A stretch of DNA of 63,750 bases from Octopus bimaculoides. Lineage: Eukaryota. Shown here piece after piece: positions 51,855-63,750 of this stretch (positions are counted from its first letter, which is position 1; each line of letters starts with the position of its first letter). The position numbers and the translations under genes were made by a program. The notes under the pieces are model-generated. The model had not been told where the DNA came from, ran no database searches, and saw nothing but the letters and a program-made list of their open reading frames with translations. The DNA lies in assembly GCF_001194135.2 (NCBI RefSeq), contig NC_068983.1, positions 158,867,975-158,931,724 on the forward strand. Direction: 5' to 3'.

Positions 51855-52535
51855 GGATCTATTTTAAAACGGGGGCACCAGTTTTCATTTATGTTTTATG
51901 TAGTGTTTTTGGTACGGAAAGACTTTCAAACTTCGTATACTTATCTATTTTGTGTTATAGAACAGAAAAAAATTTTTGTATTCGAATTTATTTCATGTAA
52001 AAAATTGTCTTATTTCGATAATTTCTACTAATCACTGATGTCTATTCAGTTGAAAACAGTTAGCGCTGTAACGGTGTATATCGTATTAATCCCCTAACCC
52101 TAACACTAACCCTAACTAGACTGTTAACCGTAACCGTAACCCTAACCCTAACCCTAAAACTAACCCTAACTCTAGAATCCGAACTCTAAAATTGTTACAC
52201 ACATAGATANNNNNNNNNNNNNNNNNNNNNNNNNNNNNNNNNNNNNNNNNNNNNNNNNNNNNNNNNNNNNNNNNNNNNNNNNNNNNNNNNNNNNNNNNNN
52301 NNNNNNNNNNNNCCAGCAGTAACTCTATTCAGCTGAATAGACGTCAGTGATTGGTTGAAATTACAGAAATACGACAACTTTAACATGGAATAACTTGCGA
52401 TGTACATTTTTTTGTTAAGAAGACTAAGAGTAAAAGATGTTTTATATGACACATTCTACCAGTGTCCCATGTTTCAAAGTGTTTCGTTAGTGTTTCGTTA
52501 AGAAAATACTGGCACCCCCGTTTTAAAATAGATCC
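51855..52535. mobile_element. MITE with 28-bp TIRs, 8-bp TSD and an internal telomere-like (TAACCC)n array
   Basis: TIR GGATCTATTTTAAAACGGGGGCACCAGT (26/28 match); TSD GACTTGGT at 51847-51854 and 52536-52543. Contains an assembly gap. Confidence 0.85.
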
Positions 52536-53199
52536 GACTTGGTTTCTAAAACAGACTGGAGCCAGGCGTAGCTCTCCAGCTTACCAGTTCCAATCAAATA
52601 AAAGTGAGTGAAAATTACCAATAAAAGCATCGGAGCAAAAAAAATCACATAACTAGGTAGAAATATCAAAAGATTTATATTAAAAAATTCACGTGAGGCT
52701 GTGTGTGAATAATATAACAACACCAACCAAACATTGAATAACTTTTATTTTACCACACATTATTGAGGTTGGTCATGAATTATAAGGTTCCACAATAGCT
52801 CAAAACATTTGAAGGAATAATTCAGTAGTGTTCATAAATAGTTGATTACAAAAACTCTGTACTGAGATTCGTCAAAATAGGAGAAAAGTACACAGTAGAT
52901 TCATTTCAGCCAACTAAATTGACATATTGAAGCTAAGCAGATGGTCATGAAAAAGACAACTATTACAAACAGCAAGAGGATGTGGGTAACAGGTTTGCAG
53001 GTTACTATGCACTCTGAAAGTTGATGCTAAAAACAAGCCTTTATGTAACCCTTGTACCAAGATGTTCCAGAAAGATCTATATTGATTTATCACAAGAAGT
53101 CTGGCTGTTGATTGGCCCATAACTCGGCCTCTCATGTGAACAAGGTTATGCTATGTTGTGACATAAACTTTGTAATTTGCCAAGTCAGTTTCAAGTCCT

Positions 53200-54100
53200 G
53201 CTACATTCCATATTTTCAAAGATTTCCTGATTAGATGTAGAATCTGCAAGTTTCAAATGATTTATAAGCAACAATGAATCCAATTTTCTTTAACAGTTCA
53301 TTTGATAGTTCACTATCACAACAGCATTTACCTCTTTGTTTATGTCCATAGTTGATGTTCAAAACTTTTCTTAATATTTCCATACTTCGATAGTTATGTT
53401 CATTTGATTTCATAAAATTCATGTAGCTAAACATTCACCCCACATCAGCATTTGCACGTAGTAAAATGAGAAGTGTTAAAGCTGACTAGAAAAATGTTCA
53501 AATGGATCTAACCATGTTGAATCCCTATACACTAAAAATTCAATCAAGAGAGAAACTGTCTGAAACTTATGTTCTTTAAACATTTAAAATAATGTTCCTA
53601 CTGGAACCAATTTTTGCCAGAATCTCTGAATTTTCATAAAAATGCTTTGCTAGGTCTATAATTCTGAGTTTTATTTGTTTGAGACATTCTGTTATGCTAA
53701 AATAACTCATTGACTGTAAAAGATGAAAATCCTCTGGAAGGCACTGTTTAATTTGCTCCAAAATTTCAACATCAAATTTTATGCATTGACTTCTTATCTC
53801 ATTTTCTTGTAGCTCAGTAAATTTACATTCTGAGATTTCTTTTTCAAGAATGGAGAATGAAGATATGGTTTGGGATCCAAATTACTTTAACTGAACTTCT
53901 ATCCTGGCATTATAGTTATTGAACTTGGTAAATCAATGAGGCACAGAAGATCATTCAAATTAGTGGGATCTTGTGTTTCCATTTCAAATTTTTGTTAACT
54001 CTCCAAACTTCAGAAACTTTAAAAAGTGTAGAAAAACAGATTTTTTTGCTACAGAAAATTTCTACCTGAATTTTGGGCTCTAAATTCTGAATTAAATTTT
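53200..54100 (-). pseudogene. Decayed hAT-superfamily transposase C-terminus
   Basis: SALTLLILLRANADVG*MFSYMNFMKSNEHN...INYGHKQRGKCCCDSELSNELLKKIG resembles LPHSNAEVERxFSxMN. Confidence 0.8.
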
Positions 54101-54529
54101 GATTTCATTTTAATGGAGACGCACAAACCTTAACAGTAAATTATAATATACTAAAAATATGCAAGCATGTAATTGAGTGGAATTTGTGATGAAAATAGCG
54201 AAAAAGCACAAAATTGGCAACTCTGTTTGCTCAAAGGGAAACTCACAAGACTGTAGAAGTGTTTCCTGGTGGAATATTTGGTTGGAATATTCATCTAAGT
54301 CACTGGCATTAGAAAATACTGAATATACACGTCATGTTATGATACTATCAAAAGTGTTTTCATCTGTACATGTCTTATATTGTCAAATGACTGACTTAAA
54401 TATTTTGTTTCACTGCCTAAGAAATTGAATCAAAGTGTGATGCCATCATATATAGTGTACACCTTTTAAACTGTCAGTAAATAACTGATTTAAAATATTT
54501 CTTTGTCTTATTACTTTAATTATGTTTTA

Positions 54530-54886
54530 TCTTTTTCATGTTTTGGTCATTGGACTGCAGTCATGTTGGGGCAATACCTTAGCATGTTTAGTCAAACTAA
54601 TCATCTCAGTATCTTCTTTCTATTTAAACCTGGCATTTAGCCTATCAGTCTCCTATTACCAAGCAGCTATTACGGGAACATAAATGAACCAACACTTGTT
54701 GTCAAGTGGTGGTTGGCTACAAACACAAAGACACACACACACGTGCACACACACACACACACACACGTGCACACACACACACACACACATGCACACACGC
54801 ACACACACATACACACGTGCACACACACACACACACACACGTGCACACACNNNNNNNNNNNNNNNNNNNNNNNNNNNNNNNNNNNN

Positions 54887-54929
<43 letters not shown>

Positions 54930-55062
54930 CAGGTTTCTTTCAGTTTCCATGTGCCAAATCCACTTACAACCCTGTGGACGGCTCAGAGCTAGTTGCCCAA
55001 GGTTCCACGTGATAGGGCTGAACCTAGAACCATGTGGTTGTGAAGCAAACTTCATACCATAG
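54530..55062 (-). mobile_element. SINE family A, diverged, with expanded (CA)n and a gap
   Basis: Tail and head are recognisable on either side of the microsatellite. Confidence 0.75.
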
Positions 55063-55444
55063 CCAAAAGAAAGATGATTTGTTTTATTACCTTGTTTAAA
55101 GTATTGAAATAAACTGTGATTTTTCTAGTAACTTTTTTCTGTGACTTTTTGTCTGGTGACCAAATAAATACATGTAGGGGGAGAAAAAAAGAGAGAAAAG
55201 GAAATGTAGTTGGTACTAAATTATCAACAAATATTTTATACTAATATCAAATATTTTCCTGTAGCGACCAATGCACCAAAATAACAATAAACATCCTAAT
55301 TGAACAATTGAGGTACTGCTCTATTAAGTGCTGAATCTAAAAAAAAAAAACCCTTCTAAAATGTCTACTTTAATGAAGTGTTTAGTTTAACCACTCCTTA
55401 CTGTAACAATGCTAAATTTAACAACTTTCTAAATCTAAGTCATT

Positions 55445-55990
55445 CAAGTACACTCAAATCTAACAACATTATAATCTAACAATGCATTAACCTACTATTT
55501 TAATCTAACAACACATTAATCTAACATTAATCTAACAACACCCTAATCTTACAATATTCTGATCCAACAACATTCTAATCTAAGCCATTCTAATCTAACA
55601 ACACAAATCTAACAACACAAATCTAACAACACGAATCTAACATTATAATCTAACAACATTCTAAGCTAACAATACTCTAATCTACCAAATATAATCTCAC
55701 AAGACTAATCTAAGATACTAATTGAACAAAATTTTAACCTTAAAAATTTAAAACTAAGACACTCACAACATTAATCTTATAACACGAATCTAACAACATT
55801 AATCTGACAACAACAATCTAGTAACACTAATCTAACAATGCTCTAACAACACTGATCTAGCAACATTTATCTAGGAATACACTGATCTAACAACATTAAT
55901 TTGATGTCTTCAACCTAACAATACTCTAACAACTCTAACTGAATAAAACAAATTTAAGGCCTTCTAACCTAACAATATTGTTATCTAACA
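55445..55990. repeat. Degenerate G-poor tandem array, unit about 14-16 bp (AATCTAACAACAYT)
   Basis: More than 25 recognisable AATCTAACAA-like units. Confidence 0.85.
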
Positions 55991-56469
55991 CCACAATAAC
56001 TTAACACAATAATTTCTCTCATAGTTTGTTGAATAATTAATAAGACAAATAATTACCATTAACAATATTTATTATTAACACAAAGCATTTTTAATATACT
56101 GGTACGGTAAAGCTGCAAACTGGCAGAATGGTTAGCGTGCCAGGCAAAATGCTTAGCAGCAATTCATGTCTTTTTGTTCTGAGGTCAACTTTGCCTTTCA
56201 TCCTTTTGGGGTCAATAGAATAAGTACCAGTTGAATACTGGGATTTCTAAAATAAACTTACCATTTCCTTGAAATTTCTGGCCTTGTGCCAAAATTTGAA
56301 ACCAATATACAGACATCGCTGTATGGCAAAAGTTTGCTTCCCAACTACATGGTTCTAGGTTCTGTTCCTCAGGTCAACTAAAGCCTTGTGAGTGGATTTG
56401 GTAGATGGAAACTGGTAGAAGCCTGTTGTAAATTAGCGTATACATGTATGTGTGTGTATGTGTTATTTC

Positions 56470-56691
56470 TTTACTACCCACAAGGGGCTACACACAGAGG
56501 GGACAAACAAGGACAGACAAACGGATTAAGTCGATAATACCGACCCCAGTGCGTAACTGGTACTTATTTAATCAACCTCGAAAAGATGAAAGGCAAAGTC
56601 GACCTCGGCGGAATTTGAACTCAGAACGTAGCGGCAGACGAAATACCGTTAAGCATTTCGCCGGGTGTGCTAACGTTTCTGCCAGCTCGCC
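56470..56691 (-). mobile_element. tRNA-derived SINE family D, young-looking copy
   Basis: Head GGCGAGCTGGCAGAA...GAGTTCAAATTCC, then GAGGTCGACTTTGCCTTTCATC; CpGs retained. Older copies at about 43500-43680 and 56110-56310. Confidence 0.85.
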
Positions 56692-56701
56692 TATGTGTGT
56701 G

Positions 56702-56798
<97 letters not shown>

Positions 56799-58559
56799 AT
56801 ATGCGTGTTTTTGTGTCTGCATGTCTTGATATCACATGATTGTTACTGTCATACAAGCATTGTCATTCATTTCCAATATTCTGTGAGAACATCTACCCAT
56901 GGGGAAATATTACCTTGCTTGGAAACAGGTAAGGGTTGGAAATAGGAAGGGCAGCTGGCCATAGAAAATCTGTCTCAGTAAACTCCATCTGACCCATGCA
57001 AGCATGGAAAAGTAGATGTTAAAATGATGATGATGAAGGTGGTGGTGGTGGTGTACAATTTTTAATACGTATTTTATTTCCATGAATCAAGAAATAATGA
57101 ATTTTCAAAATATAAGAGCTGAAATTGGATAGCAAGCCGGTACAAAAGATTGAACCCATACCTCTCAAACTCCAGTTAAGCACACTGTACCATTGAGACA
57201 TATGAAGTAAAGAGAAGAACTGATATGTTTTGTATAAATTAGAACATTGTAGGAATAATCTCTTAGAGAGAGGGTTGAGGGATGAAAATTATCTTAATAA
57301 ATGTCTAAAGATGTATAGCTTCCAACCATAATAAGAAAAATGTCTCCATCAGGGTTTTAAAAGCTTGCCAAGATGTTCTAGAATGTCCTTTATGGACTTT
57401 AAGCATGAAAATGAAACTTTCCTTTTTGACACTCACTGCCTATCAGAAATTTGTCATAAATAATTTGACCTGATATTAACAATTATAGTATTATTATTTA
57501 CCAGCAACAATTATCTGTGGTCATTATTACCAAATAAAGTAATACAATTCAACAGTGGTTTTGGCTTTTCAGTTTAAACATTTATGATTAGAATTTGAGG
57601 AAGGCTATCTGCTATGGGAATCCTATCTCAGAGTATTTGACATAAGGAGAAAGAGTACATGTACGTTTATGTTTGTGGTAGATGGCAATCTGTTAAACTA
57701 AGCTGATAAAGATTTCAAACATTCTAATCTAACAATACTGTAACGAAAACTCACTGGCAACAGGTTTCATTATTTTAATGATAACCAGGTATTACACCTC
57801 ACCAGATATTTTGAACATTTCTGCAATTATCCGTAACGACCCTACAGCTTTTCCTTTCTTCATGTTTTTGATCACTTTATTTATCACACTGCTGTCAAAC
57901 TGGATTGCTGGTCCCTCTCTCAGGTGAGCATAATAGAGTCTCTGTTTATCTCATGTGATATCTACATTCTACTGTTTCTTATAATAGCTCTTTCATGCCA
58001 TTTCCTTGTCTTCCATATTGAAGGCATGTATGCCTTTATCATCCTGAATATACTTCACACCAATGACATCTTCACTCTTTCTCACACATTTCCTCTCAGT
58101 CCTGAACATCTCATGTCTCTGATCCTTATATTGCAGGTCATGCACAAATCTTTTTCTCTCTGCCTCACCTTTAGTGAAGTATACCTGTTACCTAGCTACC
58201 CATCTAGCCATTTGGTAAAGCTTCCTGTTATCACATTCTTTCCAGGTTTTCCAAACTTGTCTCATATCTTTTACCACCATATCAACAATATCATCCTACC
58301 ACCACATGACTTTTGGCTTAACTAGAACTTTGCCATGTCTGATCTGTTGCCTAAGTAAGATATTTCATAGAAATTCCCCGTTGTCATCTATGCCAAAAGT
58401 TTCTAAATCTCTCACCCTACAGTCATATGCATGAATTAGAATTTTTAAAAATCTATTCTCACTTGTTGCTTCTTTTACTTATCATATCTTCCTTTTTAGT
58501 GCCTAGCTCTGATTCTGAAATTACCAACCACTAATCTATGTTGTGTTGTGCATTCTTTG

Positions 58560-59200
58560 CCAGGAAAGGTTTTGACTTTTATGATAGCCCTTCTGTCCCT
58601 ATTTCGGGTGAGAATGTAATCTATCAGACTCATGCGTTTATCATATTGGTAAGTGATGAGGTGGGTGGTCAGTTTCCTATATTGTTAGATTAGTTGCGTA
58701 ACAGAACTCCAGTAGTCTTACAACATTCTTTATTTTTCAAACCATAACCATAGCTTCCATATAGGTTACAGAAGCATCAACATGTTGGCCAACTTATCCT
58801 TTGAAGTCATTAGCCATGGTAACGAAATCTCTGTCAGTCATCATTGTGATAATTTGTAGAAGTATAGAAGTGGTCCTTCTGCTTCTCTTGCAGTCCTGCT
58901 CATAGAGTATATATCAAAATGTTGAGTTGCTTATAATTAGTTCCAACTTAATTATCCTATCAAACACCTTGACTACCTCAATTATTTTAATCTATTTCTC
59001 AGCTAATGATACATACCCAGCCTGATGTCATTGTTACTCACCCAGAAGAATTTTTTCTTCTAGCTCTTGCCTGTAAAGGGTTTGGTTAATGATCTTTTCC
59101 ATCTTACCTCTTGTACACAGCAAACATCCATTTGTTTCCATTCCAGCATCTCCACAATCTCACCAAACCTACCTTTCATTGTGCCAATGTTTATGATGGC
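58560..59200 (-). mobile_element. RTE-clade LINE, APE endonuclease relic
   Basis: NIGTMKGRFGEIVEMLEWKQMDVCCVQEVRW...EVVKVFDRIIKLEL. Confidence 0.85.
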
Positions 59201-59774
59201 ATCCTAAAATTTTGGAACCTACAGAAAGTGGGCAAGATCTTCACTAGTAAGCTGCTTGAGCGTTGGTCCATTATATAGTCTGACTGCAGTACTATCTGTG
59301 GGGAATAAGAAAAATTGGGCTGTGCTTTGCCAGCAATTAGCAGATTTAAGCACATGATTATTTTTCTTTCATTTAATTTGCCATTATTAATTCATTTTCC
59401 AGTGCTTACTGCACATGCTACAATGGGTCCCAATTAAACTATTCTCAACAGATAAATAAATGAAGATTCTTAATGTCATTAAAAGTACCGTTATAATGTG
59501 TATTTGCTATGACTATTTTGTAGCTGTTGCAGGCAGGACCTTAATGCAGGGCTAGTTGTATCTGGTATATAGAATAAATGAACGAGGAGAGGGGAAAACA
59601 CAGATAGTCACAGAGAGTGGGAGGTGGGTGTGTTTTTTACTGATTATGCAAGAGAAGTGAGAAAAAGAGAAAACAATTTCCAGTATAGCTGGAGGGAGTT
59701 GGTTATGGCAGTTTCATTGTGAATGAGAGACCCTCAAGGTTTGTGGGAATGTTGTTTTCTCCTTTCTTTCTTAT

Positions 59775-59809
59775 GATATTATGTTACTACGTATGTATAT
59801 GTGTATACA

Positions 59810-59844
<35 letters not shown>

Positions 59845-59867
59845 GTATACACACACATGTATGTATA

Positions 59868-59933
<66 letters not shown>

Positions 59934-60065
59934 CACATACATATATACATACATACATACATACATACACACACACATACATGCATACATGTATATATAT
60001 ATATATATACATATGTATACATGTGTACAAACATAGATTACCTTCATACATGCTTACATGCATAA
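59775..60065. repeat. Compound (TA)n/(TACA)n microsatellite
   Basis: Directly visible. Confidence 0.95.
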
Positions 60066-60339
60066 GCACATATATTTGTTTATTTTATAAATTCCTATTA
60101 TTTTATAAATAACTGTTTACTATTGGGACATTCTGCACACATAAAGGGAAAACAGAAAAATAAATATAGAGATTCCTCTCTCTTTATATAAATATTCTTT
60201 TAAGGTTTTTCACTTTTTACAGGTTTCTGTTATTGGAATGTGGCCATACTAGGGTATTGCTTCCAGAACATAGACATTTCTTTAGATTCTTGTATTTAGC
60301 TCAGAAGGATGAAAGGAAAAGCTGGCCTAGATGGTATTT

Positions 60340-60880
60340 GGAATGGGGTTGTATTTCCAGAAAGGTAAAAAACACTATTCAGACAGCAAAAAAGATATGT
60401 GCAACTTATGGAGATGAGGCAACTAAGTAATTCACAGGTTTGTGATTGAAAATTTTGATCTAGACATCTATGAGAATTCCAGTAAATCTACAGTCATTGA
60501 TGATGACCAAATGGAAAAGCTAATATAAGATAATTCAGGTCACATGATATGAGACATCACCGATACACTCCACATATCTCAAATGAGCATTATAAGGCAT
60601 TTAAAAACACTCAGAGATGTGAATCTCTACAATATTTGGGTGCCTCAAAATTTAATGAAAAAAATTAATGGATTACCTTTCCATTTATAATTCACTGCTC
60701 AAATGCAATAGCGCCCCATTTTTGATAAGAATGATTGCATGTTATGAAAGATGGATTGTTTACAACAATGTGGAGCAAAAAAGGTTCTGGAGAAAATGAA
60801 ATGAACTGCTTATAATCACTCCAAAAGCCAGTCAGTATTTGGAGAAAGTGACACACTATATTTGGTGGTGTTAGAAGAGC
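60340..60880 (+). mobile_element. Decayed mariner transposase, N-terminal half
   Basis: QTAKKICATYGDEA...IIRHLKTL...IWVPQNL...WIVYNNVEQKRFW. Confidence 0.85.
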
Positions 60881-60884
60881 ACTG

Positions 60885-61545
60885 ACAACATCATGCCGCA
60901 TAGGGAGGTCGTACCGTGACGACATTTTAGGACAGCTGCTAGTCACATGCGTGATGTCTTCCACAGAAACATGACATAGCCTACACATCTTGGGATTACA
61001 TGAACATCACTGTCTCTCTTGTTCACCAGGTACTTTGTGGCAATCTTCTGTTCCTGGATTGCAAATGCACAGCTTCTAAGTGTGATTTGATGTAGTGGTC
61101 TTGTGTCCAAGAAAGGCTGTGCTTCATGCCAGTTTTACTGTCTTCTTCAACATACCTTTGCATAGTCTTTTTTTTTTTTTTGTATTCTGAGTGCTTTCCA
61201 TCGAGGTCTTCTCTGTGGTAAGAGAGCCCAGCTGCTTTGGGGCTGTATAGGAGATCATCAGGGAGAGAGTGCTTCTTGAGGAGCTCACTGCCAACTTGTA
61301 CAATGTTGCTCACTTCACTTTTCAAGACTGCATTCATATATTTATTTTTGCTACTGCTGCTCAGCAGATGCTGCCTGAGTGATACCATATGGTATTCAAA
61401 GGCCATCTGCCCTGATCTCAGGCCTCTACCACCTTCATTTCTTCTTAGGTAGAGCCAGCCAACATCACTGTTTCTGTGTAACTTCCCAGTTGTTGTCAAG
61501 ATTTTGTGGGTTTGATATCTATGGAGTGGATTTCCTCTACAGACT
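60885..61545 (-). mobile_element. R4/Dong-like (restriction-like endonuclease group) non-LTR retrotransposon fragment
   Basis: LHRNSDVGWLYLRRNEGGRGL, then the zinc knuckle CRLCHVSVEDITHVTSSC and RHDVV. Confidence 0.8.
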
Positions 61546-63329
61546 AATCAAGTATGTGTGTATGTAAGCATGTATGTATGTATGCATGCATGTATGTATG
61601 CATGCGTGTATGTATGCATGCATGTATGTATGTATGCATATGTACATATGTGTGTGTATGTATGTATGCATATGTACATATGTGTGTGTATGTATGTATG
61701 TATGTATGTATGTTTATCTTGTCACCATTTGACATTTGGTGTTGGTTTGCTTATGCCCCTGTCACTTAGTAACTGAGAAGAAGAGATGTACAGAATAAGT
61801 ACCAGACTTAAAAACAAATTAATTACTGGCATTGATTTGTTCAACAAAACCCTTCAAAGCAGTGCTCCAGCATGGCTGTAGTCCAAGGACTGAAACAAAT
61901 AAGTGTTTGTGAGTGACATAAGAATGTTGAAACATTCTGTCTAAGCTGTTGATGTGCAGACAAAAAGAGAAGGTCTCCTGAGATACAATCTTGATGAGTA
62001 GAGTTGAAATAATTACATGAGAAATGTATAAGATTCAGGCAATGAATCATGAGATTTTGTATTACTAATTTTGTTATTCACTCCAGGATATTCGCTTAAT
62101 AAAAGAGAGATATAGATACAAACATCTCTCAAAGTCAAACTAACTAAAGAGGGAGAAGTTAGTAATTAGGTCAGGGTTAGCTATTCCATTTAGTGAGGAA
62201 TTTGAAGTTCAATTGTGAATTCACCAAATTTTTGTTCTTAGGTCTGTCTTAATCCTCTTGGTACATGAAATTATTATGAAACCATTTCAATAGTATGTTA
62301 GCAGCATACTGTACAGTATTTCTATAAATGTACAATAAAAGCTGCTTATTATAATCGTGGATAATGTTATCAAATGGCTATTGTCATTAAAATCAGTGGA
62401 GGCCCATATGTGCTCAGGAAATTGTTATATTCTCTGCATAATATTATCAGCTGATTATTGTAATCTAAGAGGCTCCATCCCAGAATAATCATAATAAGTG
62501 GCTTTCACTTATATCAATGTTTCTGCTCCATTTCTGAACATATTATATTGCTATTAGAATATGTAGCATTTATTTCACTTATTTATAGAAACAACTTGTT
62601 TTAGTAGCCTCTAAGAAATCTCCCCACTACTATCTCCCTATTGGGTGTATGAGCCAACCATGGAGCCTCTTTATAGTCACATGATCTGCTAGAAATAGCA
62701 CATAAATCTCCCTTAATCCCACTATTTCAAAGAAAAGGAAAGGGCACATTATATAATGTAGTTTTAGATACTCTTAAAAAGATAAGATATTCATGACCGG
62801 ACTGCCTATGATCATAGATCTGTTTGATCAGAGTTGATCAGCAGATAAACAACAACCCATGGGAGTAAGAGGGCATGCTGAAAAGTTCCTGACTTTAAGG
62901 GTAACCCTAAAGGCCTGGTAGGAGGCCCAACCTTCTGAGTTCTTTTACAGGGCTTGAAAAAGATGAAGGACCACTGCAATAAGTGTGTGAATCTGAGAGG
63001 GGCATTTTGAACTTCAGGACGGAGATTTTCAGATCATGTCTGCATTTTAGAAAATTCCTGCTGGCTTTTTGCAATCAGCATGGTGACTCTACATCTGGAA
63101 AGCAATAACGAAGGCTGAAGAGAGACAATCATTTACCGTCGTGGTGCATTTTTCTTAATTGTCATCACTCCTTTTCATAATTTTATGAATTGGATTGACA
63201 CATGCAGCTGTTGTGGAAGTGGTATCACAATCTGTGGGCATAGAATTGGTCAACTGAAAATTACAGATGAGATGGTACTAATTTGCTCATCAGAAGGTGG
63301 TCTCCAGCATGACTGAATGAATATGAAAT

Positions 63330-63600
63330 GATTGCAACTACAAGTGGTCAAAATGGGGTTCTTTCAAAAAATGCCTGGAGTAACATTATTTGACAGGGTT
63401 CATATCTCAGAAGTCAGGGAGTCTCTCCAGGTGGGGCTGTTACATATTCACATTGAGAAGTCACAACTCCACTTCTACAGACATGTGATGAGAATGTTGC
63501 AGGAAAAACACACAAGGCCCATTCTTCAAGACAAGATTAGTCATTCACACCTGGGGTCCATATAACCCTGGGGGGATGGGTGTCCATTTGAGAAATTTGG
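63330..63600 (+). mobile_element. RTE-clade LINE, 3' fragment
   Basis: KMGFFQKMPGVTLFDRVHISEVRESLQV...IEKSQLHFYRHVMRM. Confidence 0.85.
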
Positions 63601-63750
63601 GAATCCAAAGAAACGAAATGGTAAATTGAAGATCCACAGCAGTATATCAAGGGTCCATTAAAAAATTTTGCTTTATATGTATTTATAGCAACAGCTACAT
63701 TTCTTTCTCTAATGCTTTACATAGTTCAATATATATATATATATATATAT

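Noticed and set aside
52093-52172. Telomere or chromosome-fusion scar
   Set aside because: Short, degenerate and enclosed by TIRs and a TSD, so it is part of a mobile element.
55445-55990. CRISPR-like array
   Set aside because: Eukaryotic context, degenerate units and no unique spacers of regular length.
57750-58560. 133-aa ORF at 57924-58325
   Set aside because: No recognisable product. At most a very decayed copy of the CR1-like LINE, too weak to list.
59719-60112. Overlapping ORFs rich in Y, I, H, T, C and V (also at 41127-41908, 50330-50889, 54656-55062, 56444-56945)
   Set aside because: These are translations of dinucleotide and tetranucleotide microsatellites or N gaps.

Overview
This is AT-rich, repeat-dominated eukaryotic genomic DNA with many assembly gaps (N runs) next to microsatellites. 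The repeat families suggest an octopod cephalopod, probably Octopus (inference from recalled repeat families, not a database match). I found no intact protein-coding gene; most listed ORFs are microsatellite, SINE or decayed-transposon readings. The window holds at least four SINE types, decayed LINEs (RTE, CR1/Jockey-like, R4/Dong-like, possibly I-like), decayed DNA transposases (pogo, mariner/Tc1, hAT), several MITEs with TIRs and TSDs, and a solo LTR with a 5-bp TSD. A SINE-free, CpG-richer stretch (about 10.45-14.95 kb) looks like the promoter and 5' exons of a minus-strand gene. Two observations stand out. The first is an intronless, decayed region at about 4.4-6.5 kb that appears to encode three tandem eIF4G-like MIF4G domains. 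The second is a set of Penelope-like relics with hammerhead-ribozyme-like cores, one inside a 185-nt near-perfect palindrome. All protein alignments were done by eye against remembered family sequences and need profile searches to confirm.
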